Origin: Nitrospiraceae bacterium
GTDB lineage: Bacteria; Nitrospirota; Nitrospiria; Nitrospirales; Nitrospiraceae
DNA length: 64,000 nt
Assembly: GCA_050246315.1 (NCBI GenBank)
Contig: JBFWWG010000002.1
Coordinates: forward strand, 268,811 to 332,810
Reading direction: 5' to 3'
Below the pieces are notes generated by a model that was given only the letters and a program-made list of their open reading frames with translations, was not told the origin of the DNA and made no database searches. Position numbers and translations under genes: made by a program. The stretch's first letter is position 1. Each line of letters starts with the position of its first letter. Of the stretch, positions 51,044 to 59,440 are shown piece after piece.

Positions 51044-51180
51044 GATGCCACTCCTTTCTAGAATGAAGTGATTGAGTTGCTCTCGGCCGTCACCATCGAC
51101 GTCTGAGAGAGTCCTGGTGCCCGTCGGCACCTTTCATCAAGCAAGCATCATGGCTTGCCGTACCGTCCCTGGTAGGTGGA

Positions 51181-51582
51181 CTACGCCCATTGCGGAACGG
51201 CTTGCTGTTTGGAAGCGGCGACTGCCCCGATTAACATGGCTATCGCCAAACCAAGATGGAGCCAGCGGTCGGCTTCGTTGATGTGGACCAACCCCAACAG
51301 CATGTTGCCGCTCGTCATGAACCCGAGCAGCGCTATGCCGGAGTATGCGGCCGTGATGGCCTTCAACGCCGTGCGTTCCCTGCCTTCCATCGCCAGTCCG
51401 CCAAAGAGAAAGGCGGAACCGGTCAACAGATGCACGAGGTTGTGCAGGACGTTCGTCTCAAAGAAACCGTCCGCTGAGACAATCGGGTTCGGGAAGAACC
51501 CGAGGAATCCAACCAGAACGAAGATCGAACCGAATGCGAGACAGATGTTCTTGCTCGTCAGCATGACTATCACCTCCTTCAA
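51181..51582 (-). CDS. DUF4383 membrane protein
   Basis: HNLVHLLTG and AD.WLHL in a 4-TM protein. Confidence 0.85.
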   Translation of the reverse strand: MKEVIVMLTSKNICLAFGSIFVLVGFLGFFPNPIVSADGFFETNVLHNLVHLLTGSAFLFGGLAMEGRERTALKAITAAYSGIALLGFMTSGNMLLGLVHINEADRWLHLGLAIAMLIGAVAASKQQAVPQWA

Positions 51583-51589
51583 TTACTAT

Positions 51590-52216
51590 TCAGGATGCCG
51601 GCGACTTCTTTTGCAGCACCGGATAGCCGAATGAATAAATCCACTTGTCCGCATCGACCGCGTTGCGCGGAGCAAGCTCCCTTGCCGGCGTGTGACAGGG
51701 AATGCAATCCGTCTTGTAGTTTTTTGAGACCGTGTGCCTGGGATCGTCGGCATTGAAGAGCGACCAGGCCCACCCATCCCCCCACAGGCTGGATTCCTTG
51801 TAGCGACCCTGGGTGTCCCTGACCAACACGAACCATCCTTTGATGGTCGTCGCGTGGCCGACTGCCGGCCCGGTCGTCATCGCCATGGTCTTGGCGTCCA
51901 GGAGTTCTTTGACCAGCACCGCCCCATCAGGAAATCGCCTATACTGTTGGTAGTAGGCGATCGTCTCCGGCTGGGTGTAGACCACGTGATACTCGTGGAC
52001 GCCGGGCCCCATCTTTTCCAACTTCTCTCCCGTGTGCGCATGGGTCCACGTTCCGAGCGTGGGCCACTCGGTGTAGTTCTCGGGGACTCGAATCGCGCCG
52101 GTTGCCGGTTCGACATTTGGAGCAAAGGGCTTCTCGCCTTCGCCCATCATCGTCCCCATCAAAAAAGGGATGGCAACTAACGCCAACATCACCATGTAGA
52201 ACGTCTGCTTCTTCAT
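51590..52216 (-). CDS. cytochrome P460-family protein
   Basis: Signal peptide; FPDGAVLVKE; C-terminal CIPCH. Confidence 0.85.
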   Translation of the reverse strand: MKKQTFYMVMLALVAIPFLMGTMMGEGEKPFAPNVEPATGAIRVPENYTEWPTLGTWTHAHTGEKLEKMGPGVHEYHVVYTQPETIAYYQQYRRFPDGAVLVKELLDAKTMAMTTGPAVGHATTIKGWFVLVRDTQGRYKESSLWGDGWAWSLFNADDPRHTVSKNYKTDCIPCHTPARELAPRNAVDADKWIYSFGYPVLQKKSPAS

Positions 52217-52296
52217 ATCGCTCTTCCTTCCTTGTGCTGCTGAACCGGGGTAGGCGGCCCGCCGCTGCTCATGCGGCGGGCCTTTCCCAATGGTCC

Positions 52297-52758
52297 TCAC
52301 AGATCACCGGGAGCCTTGTCCTTAATGGCGGACCAGTTTTTCTCCGCCTTCTTGATGTTCCCTGGGATATCTTTTTCCCACTTGACTTGGATCCCCTTGT
52401 CCAGGTTCAAGTAGAGCGTGCCGTCGACGATCTTCCAGACCTCCGGATCGGCCACGAACTTCTTCGCCACCGACACGCCATAGGCGCAGTATCCGCCGTA
52501 CGCCGGCAGATACTTCGTCGGGTTCGCCACGAACAGCTTCTTGTGTTCTTCCGAGGTGAAGGCGTAGGTCACGCCGTCGTGATCGGCGACGTGGTAGCCT
52601 GACCCTCGCATTGCCTTCCCATCGGTAAAGTACGCCACGACGTCATAGCCGGCGGCGCCCGGCGTGCTATGGGTGTAATCCAGCGCGAATGCCGGCGCCG
52701 CGACGGCCGTGGCCACCAGTGCCACGATGCCCAGGAAGCATTGCTTCATCGAGTTCAT
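52297..52758 (-). CDS. exported YHS-domain protein
   Basis: GYDVVAYF, P.KYLPAYGGYCAYG, IVDG.LYLN. Confidence 0.9.
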   Translation of the reverse strand: MNSMKQCFLGIVALVATAVAAPAFALDYTHSTPGAAGYDVVAYFTDGKAMRGSGYHVADHDGVTYAFTSEEHKKLFVANPTKYLPAYGGYCAYGVSVAKKFVADPEVWKIVDGTLYLNLDKGIQVKWEKDIPGNIKKAEKNWSAIKDKAPGDL

Positions 52759-52801
52759 GAGAAACCTCCTTGTGAGATGAAAGGGTTAACGCACTGACAC
52801 A

Positions 52802-53353
52802 CTACGCGGCGCGGGTTTCCCCGACGTCCACGACCGGGAAATCCACCTCTGTCCCGGCGACGAGGTTGAAGTAGTTGGTGAACACATTGATGGCGATGTT
52901 CGCAATCACCTCCACGATCTCTCCGTCCGACAATCCTGCAGCGCGGACCTGTGCCAGATCCGCATCTGACACCTCGCCACGAGACGTCAGGACGCGGTTG
53001 ACGAATGTCAGGATCGCTTGTGTCTGTGGGTTTTCGGACTTCCCGTTGAGATTGCGGCCCAATTCCCGCGTATCGAGACCGGCTTGTTTCGCGATGGCCG
53101 TATGGGCCGACGCGCAGTATCCGCACCGGTTGGCCCCGGCGACGGCAAGCGCAATTTGTTCCCGCAACGCCGTGGACAGCTTCCCGGACCCAAGCGACTT
53201 GGTGAAGTTGAGATAGCCCCCGAGCACAGACGGGGCATGGGCCAAAGTCTTGAAGAGGTTGGGCACGACTCCGAATTGGCGCTGAATCGCGGTCAGCAAT
53301 TCAGCAGCCTTCGGGTGTGCGGCCCCTGGCTCCAGCGGTTGAATGCGTGGCAT
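52802..53353 (-). CDS. AhpD/CMD-family peroxidase-related protein
   Basis: VPNLF, CGYCASAH, TNYFN...VDFP. Confidence 0.9.
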   Translation of the reverse strand: MPRIQPLEPGAAHPKAAELLTAIQRQFGVVPNLFKTLAHAPSVLGGYLNFTKSLGSGKLSTALREQIALAVAGANRCGYCASAHTAIAKQAGLDTRELGRNLNGKSENPQTQAILTFVNRVLTSRGEVSDADLAQVRAAGLSDGEIVEVIANIAINVFTNYFNLVAGTEVDFPVVDVGETRAA

Positions 53354-53458
53354 GTCGGTCCTCCTGCGAGTTAAAGGTTATGAGGTCATCGCGTCCGCCG
53401 ATCGATGGATGAGTGCTCCCACCGAATCCTCGAACGGCCCGCTCGTGGTCACCACTAT

Positions 53459-53596
53459 GTCAAGCCGCGTGCCACGTTGACGTTTGATACGAACGCGTTG
53501 AAATTACGATGAAGAGCCGCTGGTTGACCTCTTCATGAGCGATCACGACAATTCGTGACTAACAAGGAATCGTTGTGTCGCCACGAGTTCTCGTTT
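53459..53596 (-). promoter_or_regulatory. sigma54-type promoter 2 with three upstream boxes
   Basis: TGGCACGCGGCTTGAC (53459-74, minus strand); boxes at 53543-58, 53560-75, 53581-96. Confidence 0.7.
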
Positions 53597-53673
53597 AAGT
53601 TAGTCAGCGATTCGACCACGGCCTAGCGAAGCAAGTCTGTGGAGCCAGCGAACTCGCCGAGTTATTGGTGAAC

Positions 53674-54336
53674 ATGAACCGCGGAGATCCTTCTCGTTCT
53701 CTGGGGGAATTGTCTGAAGCTGAGTGGCGGCACCACTGTCCCTCGTTCTCTGTGGTGACGTTGGGCGACAAGGCGGTCATTCATCGCCAAGGAGACGTAA
53801 GCGATGTCGCGTTCATCATTGCGAGGGGGCGGGTGAAGCTCTCACGGCTGAATCGCGATGGAGATCAGTTCACGATGGCCGTGTTAACCGAGGGACAGAT
53901 GTTCGGCGCTCCACTGGCTGACCAATCGAGCACCACACTTACGGACACCGCAGAAGCCAAAGGTCGCACCGCCCTCTATCGGGTGCAGGTGAAGGAGCTG
54001 AGGGAACTATTGAAGTCTCAGCCGCTCCTGGCGTGGGACACCATTGAAAGCCTTTCCAAAGGACAGCGGCTCCTCGAACGGAAACTGGAGCTGATGATGT
54101 TCCATGACGCCCGATCGAGACTCGCGGAGACATTGCGCGACTTGGCCGGCACCCAGGGGGGGCATTGTCAGCATGGGTTCGAGCTGGACATCAAGCTGAC
54201 CCAGCAAGAACTCGCGGACCTCGTCGGAGCGACCAGGCCTGTCGTCAGTACGATCCTCAACGAATTCAAAGGTCGAGGTATCCTCGACTACCACCGCACG
54301 CTGATTTGCATTCAGAACCTCAGGGCTCTCGAATAG
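53674..54336 (+). CDS. Crp/Fnr-family transcriptional regulator
   Basis: cNMP-like beta-roll (GRVKL, G..FG) and LTQQELADLVGATR HTH. Confidence 0.9.
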   Translation: MNRGDPSRSLGELSEAEWRHHCPSFSVVTLGDKAVIHRQGDVSDVAFIIARGRVKLSRLNRDGDQFTMAVLTEGQMFGAPLADQSSTTLTDTAEAKGRTALYRVQVKELRELLKSQPLLAWDTIESLSKGQRLLERKLELMMFHDARSRLAETLRDLAGTQGGHCQHGFELDIKLTQQELADLVGATRPVVSTILNEFKGRGILDYHRTLICIQNLRALE

Positions 54337-54628
54337 TCTTCCGGTAACCATCCACATGCAGCGTGAGCGGACGTGACTAGGGGAACCACATGTGTAAGGA
54401 TCGGTCACGTACGGCGACTCATAATCTGTCCATTGTGGCGGATTAACTGGCAGTTCTGAATCGACACCGAAGCAAGAGGTGATGCGAGCTCTCATGCGGC
54501 CAAACGGTGAATCGATTTTGAGGGACTGTTATCCAGCGAACAGACAGATTTCCTGACTCGCGACATGCTCCCTTGCGAAAAGACGACAAAGCTTTGCCCA
54601 GGCTAACGGGTTCAGTGGGAATCGACTT

Positions 54629-55702
54629 ATGTCAACCGACCACGCAGCCTATGCAGAGACGCCCCGGGTCATGCCTTGGGACGAGCGAGAACGCCTTCTC
54701 CAATCGGAGCGGGGGTCCGAGGACAGTTTTGGTAACCTCGTCGGACGGAGTGCCGCCTTGCGTGCGATGGTCCAGCAAATTGACCTCGTCGCGCCCACGG
54801 ATGCCACCGTCCTCATTCTTGGCGAATCCGGAACCGGCAAGGAATTGGTGGCGCGCGAAATTCACGAACGAAGCCGCCGTCGAAGCCGGGCACTCGTCCG
54901 CGTGAATTGTGCCTCGATTCCGAGAGAACTTTACGAAAGCGAATTTTTCGGTCACGTGAAAGGGGCCTTCACCGGAGCCTTGAAAGATCGAGCCGGCCGA
55001 TTTGAGTCGGCCAATGGCGGCACACTGTTCCTCGACGAAGTCGGAGAGATCCCGTTGGAACTGCAGAGCAAGCTATTGCGTGTGCTGCAGGAAGGGGAAT
55101 ACGAACGGGTGGGAGAGGAAACAACCCGAACGGTCAATGTCCGGATCGTCGCTGCCACCAATCGAGACCTCACCAGGGATGTCCAGGCGGGACGATTCCG
55201 ACAAGACCTCTATTATCGGCTGAACGTCTATCCCATTCCTGTCGTGCCTCTCCGCCATCGGAAGGAAGACATTCCATTGTTGGCCGCGTACTTCGTCGAG
55301 CAGGCTGCCGAACGGCTCCATTGTCCCCGACCCGATATGGCGGAGGCTCAGGTAAGGCAGCTACAATTCTATGATTGGCCTGGGAATGTGCGAGAGCTCC
55401 AGAACGTGATTGAGCGAGCCGTCATTGCGTCACAAGGTCGTGCGCTTGAATTCGAATTGCCTCACGGAACCCATGAAGAACAGCCGGTGACGCGCCCGAT
55501 ACGCACTGCCGCACGATCAAGCGAAGGAGAGGTACTGACCGAAGCCGAGATGCGGCAATGGGAACGCGACAACTTGTTGGCCGCGTTGCATCTGAGTCAT
55601 TGGCGCATTTACGGACCGGGCGGCGCAGCAGAGCGATTGGGAGTCAAGCCCACAACCTTGGTGTCACGCATCAAGAAGCTGGGAATCAAGAAACCGGATT
55701 AA
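54629..55702 (+). CDS. sigma54-dependent activator (AAA+ plus Fis HTH) without a sensory domain
   Basis: [34 protein letters not shown] domain starts about 33 aa from the N-terminus. Confidence 0.92.
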   Translation: MSTDHAAYAETPRVMPWDERERLLQSERGSEDSFGNLVGRSAALRAMVQQIDLVAPTDATVLILGESGTGKELVAREIHERSRRRSRALVRVNCASIPRELYESEFFGHVKGAFTGALKDRAGRFESANGGTLFLDEVGEIPLELQSKLLRVLQEGEYERVGEETTRTVNVRIVAATNRDLTRDVQAGRFRQDLYYRLNVYPIPVVPLRHRKEDIPLLAAYFVEQAAERLHCPRPDMAEAQVRQLQFYDWPGNVRELQNVIERAVIASQGRALEFELPHGTHEEQPVTRPIRTAARSSEGEVLTEAEMRQWERDNLLAALHLSHWRIYGPGGAAERLGVKPTTLVSRIKKLGIKKPD

Positions 55703-55783
55703 CACATCTGCGCTCGTGGATCACATCTTCCACAGGAATCGGGACGCTCTGCCTCCGAGTGACCGCTCTTTTTCTTTCCTCGT

Positions 55784-55987
55784 TCAGGCTGCCGCAAGAT
55801 CAGAATGCCGGGGGCTGGTCTTGATGATGTAAGTCAAGCGGTCCCGCCGTTGTCCGTTGGAAAGAATGACAGGATCCAGGATGTCTCCACACGACACGCA
55901 TCGCCAGGCCCGACCGCCAGTTTCCGATCCAAGCAAGTCCACGATGTAGTACCCAACCATCAGTCCATGACAACGACCACATTCCAT
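55784..55987 (-). CDS. small zinc-finger protein
   Basis: CGRCHGLMV...WRCVSCGDILDPVI; AGGAGG RBS. Confidence 0.7.
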   Translation of the reverse strand: MECGRCHGLMVGYYIVDLLGSETGGRAWRCVSCGDILDPVILSNGQRRDRLTYIIKTSPRHSDLAAA

Positions 55988-56048
55988 GTTGCCCTCCTGT
56001 GTTTCTCATCACCATGACACCCATGCCGATTGCATGCGAATCAACCGA

Positions 56049-56888
56049 TCACTCTCGAATCGCTCTCGTGCGTGCTTGCGCGTAGGCATTCCGAGCAGCG
56101 CTATAGAGATCCAGCGTGCTTTGTTCGAGACCGTCCAACAGTTCCAAGTTCCGAGACCGGTCATTGACCGTCTCACCCGCCCGCGAGACGATCTGAGGTG
56201 CGAGGGGCAGGAACAGTGTCAGAGGATCAAAGACGAGATCGCCTAGGAATCCGACTCCATCCCGAACGGTTGTTGGGGACAGCAACGGTAACACCAGATA
56301 GGGACCAGGCTCGACGCCGTAGACGGCAAGTGTCTGCCCAGCATCTTCACCCGCCGGTGAGCCGAGCCCGAACCATTGGTCAGCAACATCGAACAGGCCG
56401 GCCACTCCGATCGTGCTATTGATGGCGAACCGACCGAGTTCCCTTCCGGTCGCTTGCCATTTCCCCTGAAAGAGATTATTGAGCACCCGCGGCACGAAGC
56501 GAACGTTGTGAAATGCCCGCCCAATTGCGCGTTCAACCGGGTCTGGAACGATCCAGTCATAACCGGTCGCAAGTGGTTTGATGGCATATCGGTCGACTGA
56601 CTGATTGAACGCAAACATGGTCGAATTGAATCCTTCCCACGGATCGTCAATGGACTCCAGACTGTTCTCGCTGAACGGATCGGCGGCATGATTGCTATCG
56701 ACCTCGTGTGACGCGCAACACTCGTTCCCTTCAACCTCCATCTCGGCTGCCATGACGTCGAGATGGCAACTCCCCAGCGAGCCAGTCAGGAGTACGAGAA
56801 GGCAAGCGGCTCGAAGGCACACAGTGGTCAGATGGTGCGAAGGTACGACCACGTGGGTCGTAGAGTGAAGAGCGTTCACGTGCAGCAT
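56049..56888 (-). CDS. mlaA: VacJ/MlaA-family lipoprotein
   Basis: DPWEGFN..MF.FN, INSTIG..GLFD, ED.GQTL, GPYLVLP. Confidence 0.9.
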   Translation of the reverse strand: MLHVNALHSTTHVVVPSHHLTTVCLRAACLLVLLTGSLGSCHLDVMAAEMEVEGNECCASHEVDSNHAADPFSENSLESIDDPWEGFNSTMFAFNQSVDRYAIKPLATGYDWIVPDPVERAIGRAFHNVRFVPRVLNNLFQGKWQATGRELGRFAINSTIGVAGLFDVADQWFGLGSPAGEDAGQTLAVYGVEPGPYLVLPLLSPTTVRDGVGFLGDLVFDPLTLFLPLAPQIVSRAGETVNDRSRNLELLDGLEQSTLDLYSAARNAYAQARTRAIRE

Positions 56889-56917
56889 CCTTTCGATCCT
56901 CTTCCCTTAACGTTCCA

Positions 56918-58291
56918 TTAGGCACTGGCGGCCAACACGTGATTGCTCTCCGACCTGCCGGCCGCTGAGACGTGCTTCGTCCGCGGTACCATAGTCGATT
57001 TGTTGACTGCCTCGCCGAAGCGCCGGCTCGCCTTGAGACTCAACACCACCATGACGACCATCGCCCCAATGGTGATCAGGCTCAAGTACTGTGCAGAAAG
57101 CCCGACGGATCCCAGCGCCAGAACCGCGAGGATACTGAGCCCCTTGGCGCCGCGTTGCACGAAGATGGAAATAAACGCGCGGGCCTTATATTTCTCGTCA
57201 GCCGATGTCGCGACATACAACGATTCTCGACCCGTCTGCTGGATCGAATAGTTCAGGCCGTTATCCAGAATGACCAAGAGGCTGACCGCGGCCAACGTCG
57301 GCATTGCGAGAAACCCCAGAGAGCCTGCCGTGATGGCCACAGGAAGGGCCAAGAGCGTCACGCGCGGGCCAAACCGCTTCATCATCATGCCGACCAGGAA
57401 CAACTGTGCGAAGACGGAGAGCAGATTCGAGTAGAGATAAATGTCCGTGAGGAACGCTTGCGTGGCTCGCACACCGGACATGCCCTGAGCCGTGAGCTTG
57501 AACTGGTAGTCCACCAGTTGTGAAGCAATTTCATAGCACCCCATGATGCCGGCTATGCTCACGAGGTACGGTGACCGCACGACTAACCTCGCTCCTTCGA
57601 TCATGTCAGGCATTCTCCCGAGGGCACGTTCCTGATCGTTCGGTACAGTGTGAAGGAGCGGGACCGGTTTAAAAATCGAGGATCTCAGAACCAGGGATTC
57701 TGTGACTGCAGTAGCCAGAAGGACGCCCCCCATGAGTCCGGCGGCAATCACGAGCAGTCCTTGAGTTCCCACGCTCGAAAGAAGAAGCTTCGCAAGGGCG
57801 CTTCCTGCCCAACCGCCGAGGACTCCGCCCGCTCCGATCGGACCGAAGAAGCGCTGCGCATCCGGTCCGCGAGCCAGATCCGTCAAGTAGGCCCAAAACG
57901 CCGTCGCCATGACTGTGACTTCGAGATCGCCCAGGAAATAGAGGGTCCAGATTGGTAGAGACCGTTCGTCATCCTGAAGGAGAAAGGCAAGCCCGAGGAA
58001 CGCCACAGCGAAGGCCCCGCTTAGCACTGAGAGGAAGCAGCGCCTCGACAACCTGTTGTACAGGCCTGTAAAGATGCCGACTGCCATCCCGGCGAGGAGC
58101 ACAGTGGCCAACTTGGCATAGAGCTCCACCTGAGCCCCATAATGCTCGACAAACAAACCACTCTTCAGGGGCTTGAGAATTTGAAAGACCGCAATTACGA
58201 GAAAGAAAAACGAGAAGAGGAGTCCCGCAATGTACAGATCGTGCGTTGGGCTGTGCTTCCATATCCGACGATTCATGATCGCTCCGTTCAT
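56918..58291 (-). CDS. Npt1/Npt2 (TLC, ATP/ADP translocase-like) nucleotide transporter
   Basis: About 12 TM; ILKPLK..LF, FW...D, RFFG, E.LY...EKYKARAFI..FV.R. Confidence 0.75.
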   Translation of the reverse strand: MNGAIMNRRIWKHSPTHDLYIAGLLFSFFFLVIAVFQILKPLKSGLFVEHYGAQVELYAKLATVLLAGMAVGIFTGLYNRLSRRCFLSVLSGAFAVAFLGLAFLLQDDERSLPIWTLYFLGDLEVTVMATAFWAYLTDLARGPDAQRFFGPIGAGGVLGGWAGSALAKLLLSSVGTQGLLVIAAGLMGGVLLATAVTESLVLRSSIFKPVPLLHTVPNDQERALGRMPDMIEGARLVVRSPYLVSIAGIMGCYEIASQLVDYQFKLTAQGMSGVRATQAFLTDIYLYSNLLSVFAQLFLVGMMMKRFGPRVTLLALPVAITAGSLGFLAMPTLAAVSLLVILDNGLNYSIQQTGRESLYVATSADEKYKARAFISIFVQRGAKGLSILAVLALGSVGLSAQYLSLITIGAMVVMVVLSLKASRRFGEAVNKSTMVPRTKHVSAAGRSESNHVLAASA

Positions 58292-58333
58292 CTCACAAGT
58301 GACCCGTTATTAATCCGATGGTCCCTTGCCTAG

Positions 58334-58469
58334 TCCAATCATCGTGCCACGCTCCGCTCGTGAATAAGATCAGAATTCTCTGAGACTTGTACCGTTCCTT
58401 TTCTTGCGGTCGTTCGTCGAGTTTTCGTCGCACCACGAAGACTCGCTGTGCAGAAACGATTAGTTGTGA
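58334..58469 (-). promoter_or_regulatory. sigma54-type promoter 3 with three upstream boxes
   Basis: TGGCACGATGATTGGA (58334-49, minus strand); boxes at 58415-30, 58433-48, 58454-69. Confidence 0.7.
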
Positions 58470-58916
58470 AGCGGAAGGAATAGGAGAGCAGCTCAATTCC
58501 GTCGTAATCGCGTTTCCTCGGTTCTCAAGAATGTGCTTCCCTCAAGTGAGTGCCGATGGGGATTCGCCTTCCGACTCCATTCCCCAATGACTCATGCTTC
58601 TCGACTGTATGCGGCTCCACGACTCCCATGAGCTCACGGGGACCTACATCGGCCCCCTCAATGTTGGACTTAATCGTTGCTAGCGCGGGTCCGGTAAATG
58701 GGACTTATCTAGGAGAAATCAGTGGAGAGCTTCGACGTGATAGAGTCGGCGAAAAACGGTCAGTCCAGTAGAAATAAATCGTCTTGAGTCTGCGCTTGCA
58801 ATTTTGAGTAGGGCTATCGTGAGTACGCCCAGTGGCCAACTTCGTGACCTCTGACCTTGAGAGAGCAGTGCCCTACAACACTTTGGTGAGCCATCGCATA
58901 AGTCATTGAAACACGT

Positions 58917-58954
58917 GCCGAGGTAGCTCAGTTGGCAGAGCACAGCCCTGAAAA
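58917..58954 (+). pseudogene. 5' half of tRNA-Phe(GAA), ending at the anticodon loop
   Basis: GCCGAGG-TA-GCTC-AGTTGGCA-GAGC-A-CAGCC-CTGAAAA, then no T arm or 3' acceptor strand. Confidence 0.8.
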
Positions 58955-59105
58955 GTCCTTCGCCACTTCGTCAGTTTAATTCTCTCCTTCTCGATCCATT
59001 TCAATTTCTTCTCAATTTTCGTCAAACGACCTGATCCTCGTTTACCGTCTATTTGGGGCTTTTTCTGTGGATAAGTGGGAGCTGGTTGGCACTTTTGTTG
59101 GCACT
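58937..59105 (+). repeat. ~169 bp direct repeat, copy B
   Basis: Homologous to 39864-40031; ends GTTGGCACT-TTT-GTTGGCACT. Confidence 0.85.
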
Positions 59106-59197
59106 CTCAATGATGGGACGTTCACCGCCAATGGGTTTCATGACCGGCCAAGATCATTTCTCTTGTTCCGTGGCCTAAGCCCCTTATACACGAACTA

Positions 59198-59222
59198 ATA
59201 GACCAGCGGACTCATAAGCCGC
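59198..59222 (+). other. possible tRNA(CAT) anticodon-arm remnant
   Basis: TAGACCA-GCGGA-CTCATAA-GCCGC; TGGTGAACA x2 about 125 bp downstream. Confidence 0.4.
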
Positions 59223-59440
59223 ATCTCGTTTCTCCCCTTCTCCCGTAAACCTCCACATTCCTCAATAGAATCGCGGCTGCCACTGCGCAATCCCGTTTCG
59301 TGACATCCGATGTGTTCCCTCCCAAACCGACCAGTTCCGGCCTATTGGTGAACATCTGGTGAACACTTAAGGAAGGAGGGTTTGGCCTGTTACATGGCCC
59401 TCCCTGGCATTAGCGGCCACAGGTCAGACAGTCGTTATTG

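Noticed and set aside
52297..52758. YHS protein as a selenoprotein
   Set aside because: The GYxAYG position is TGC (Cys)
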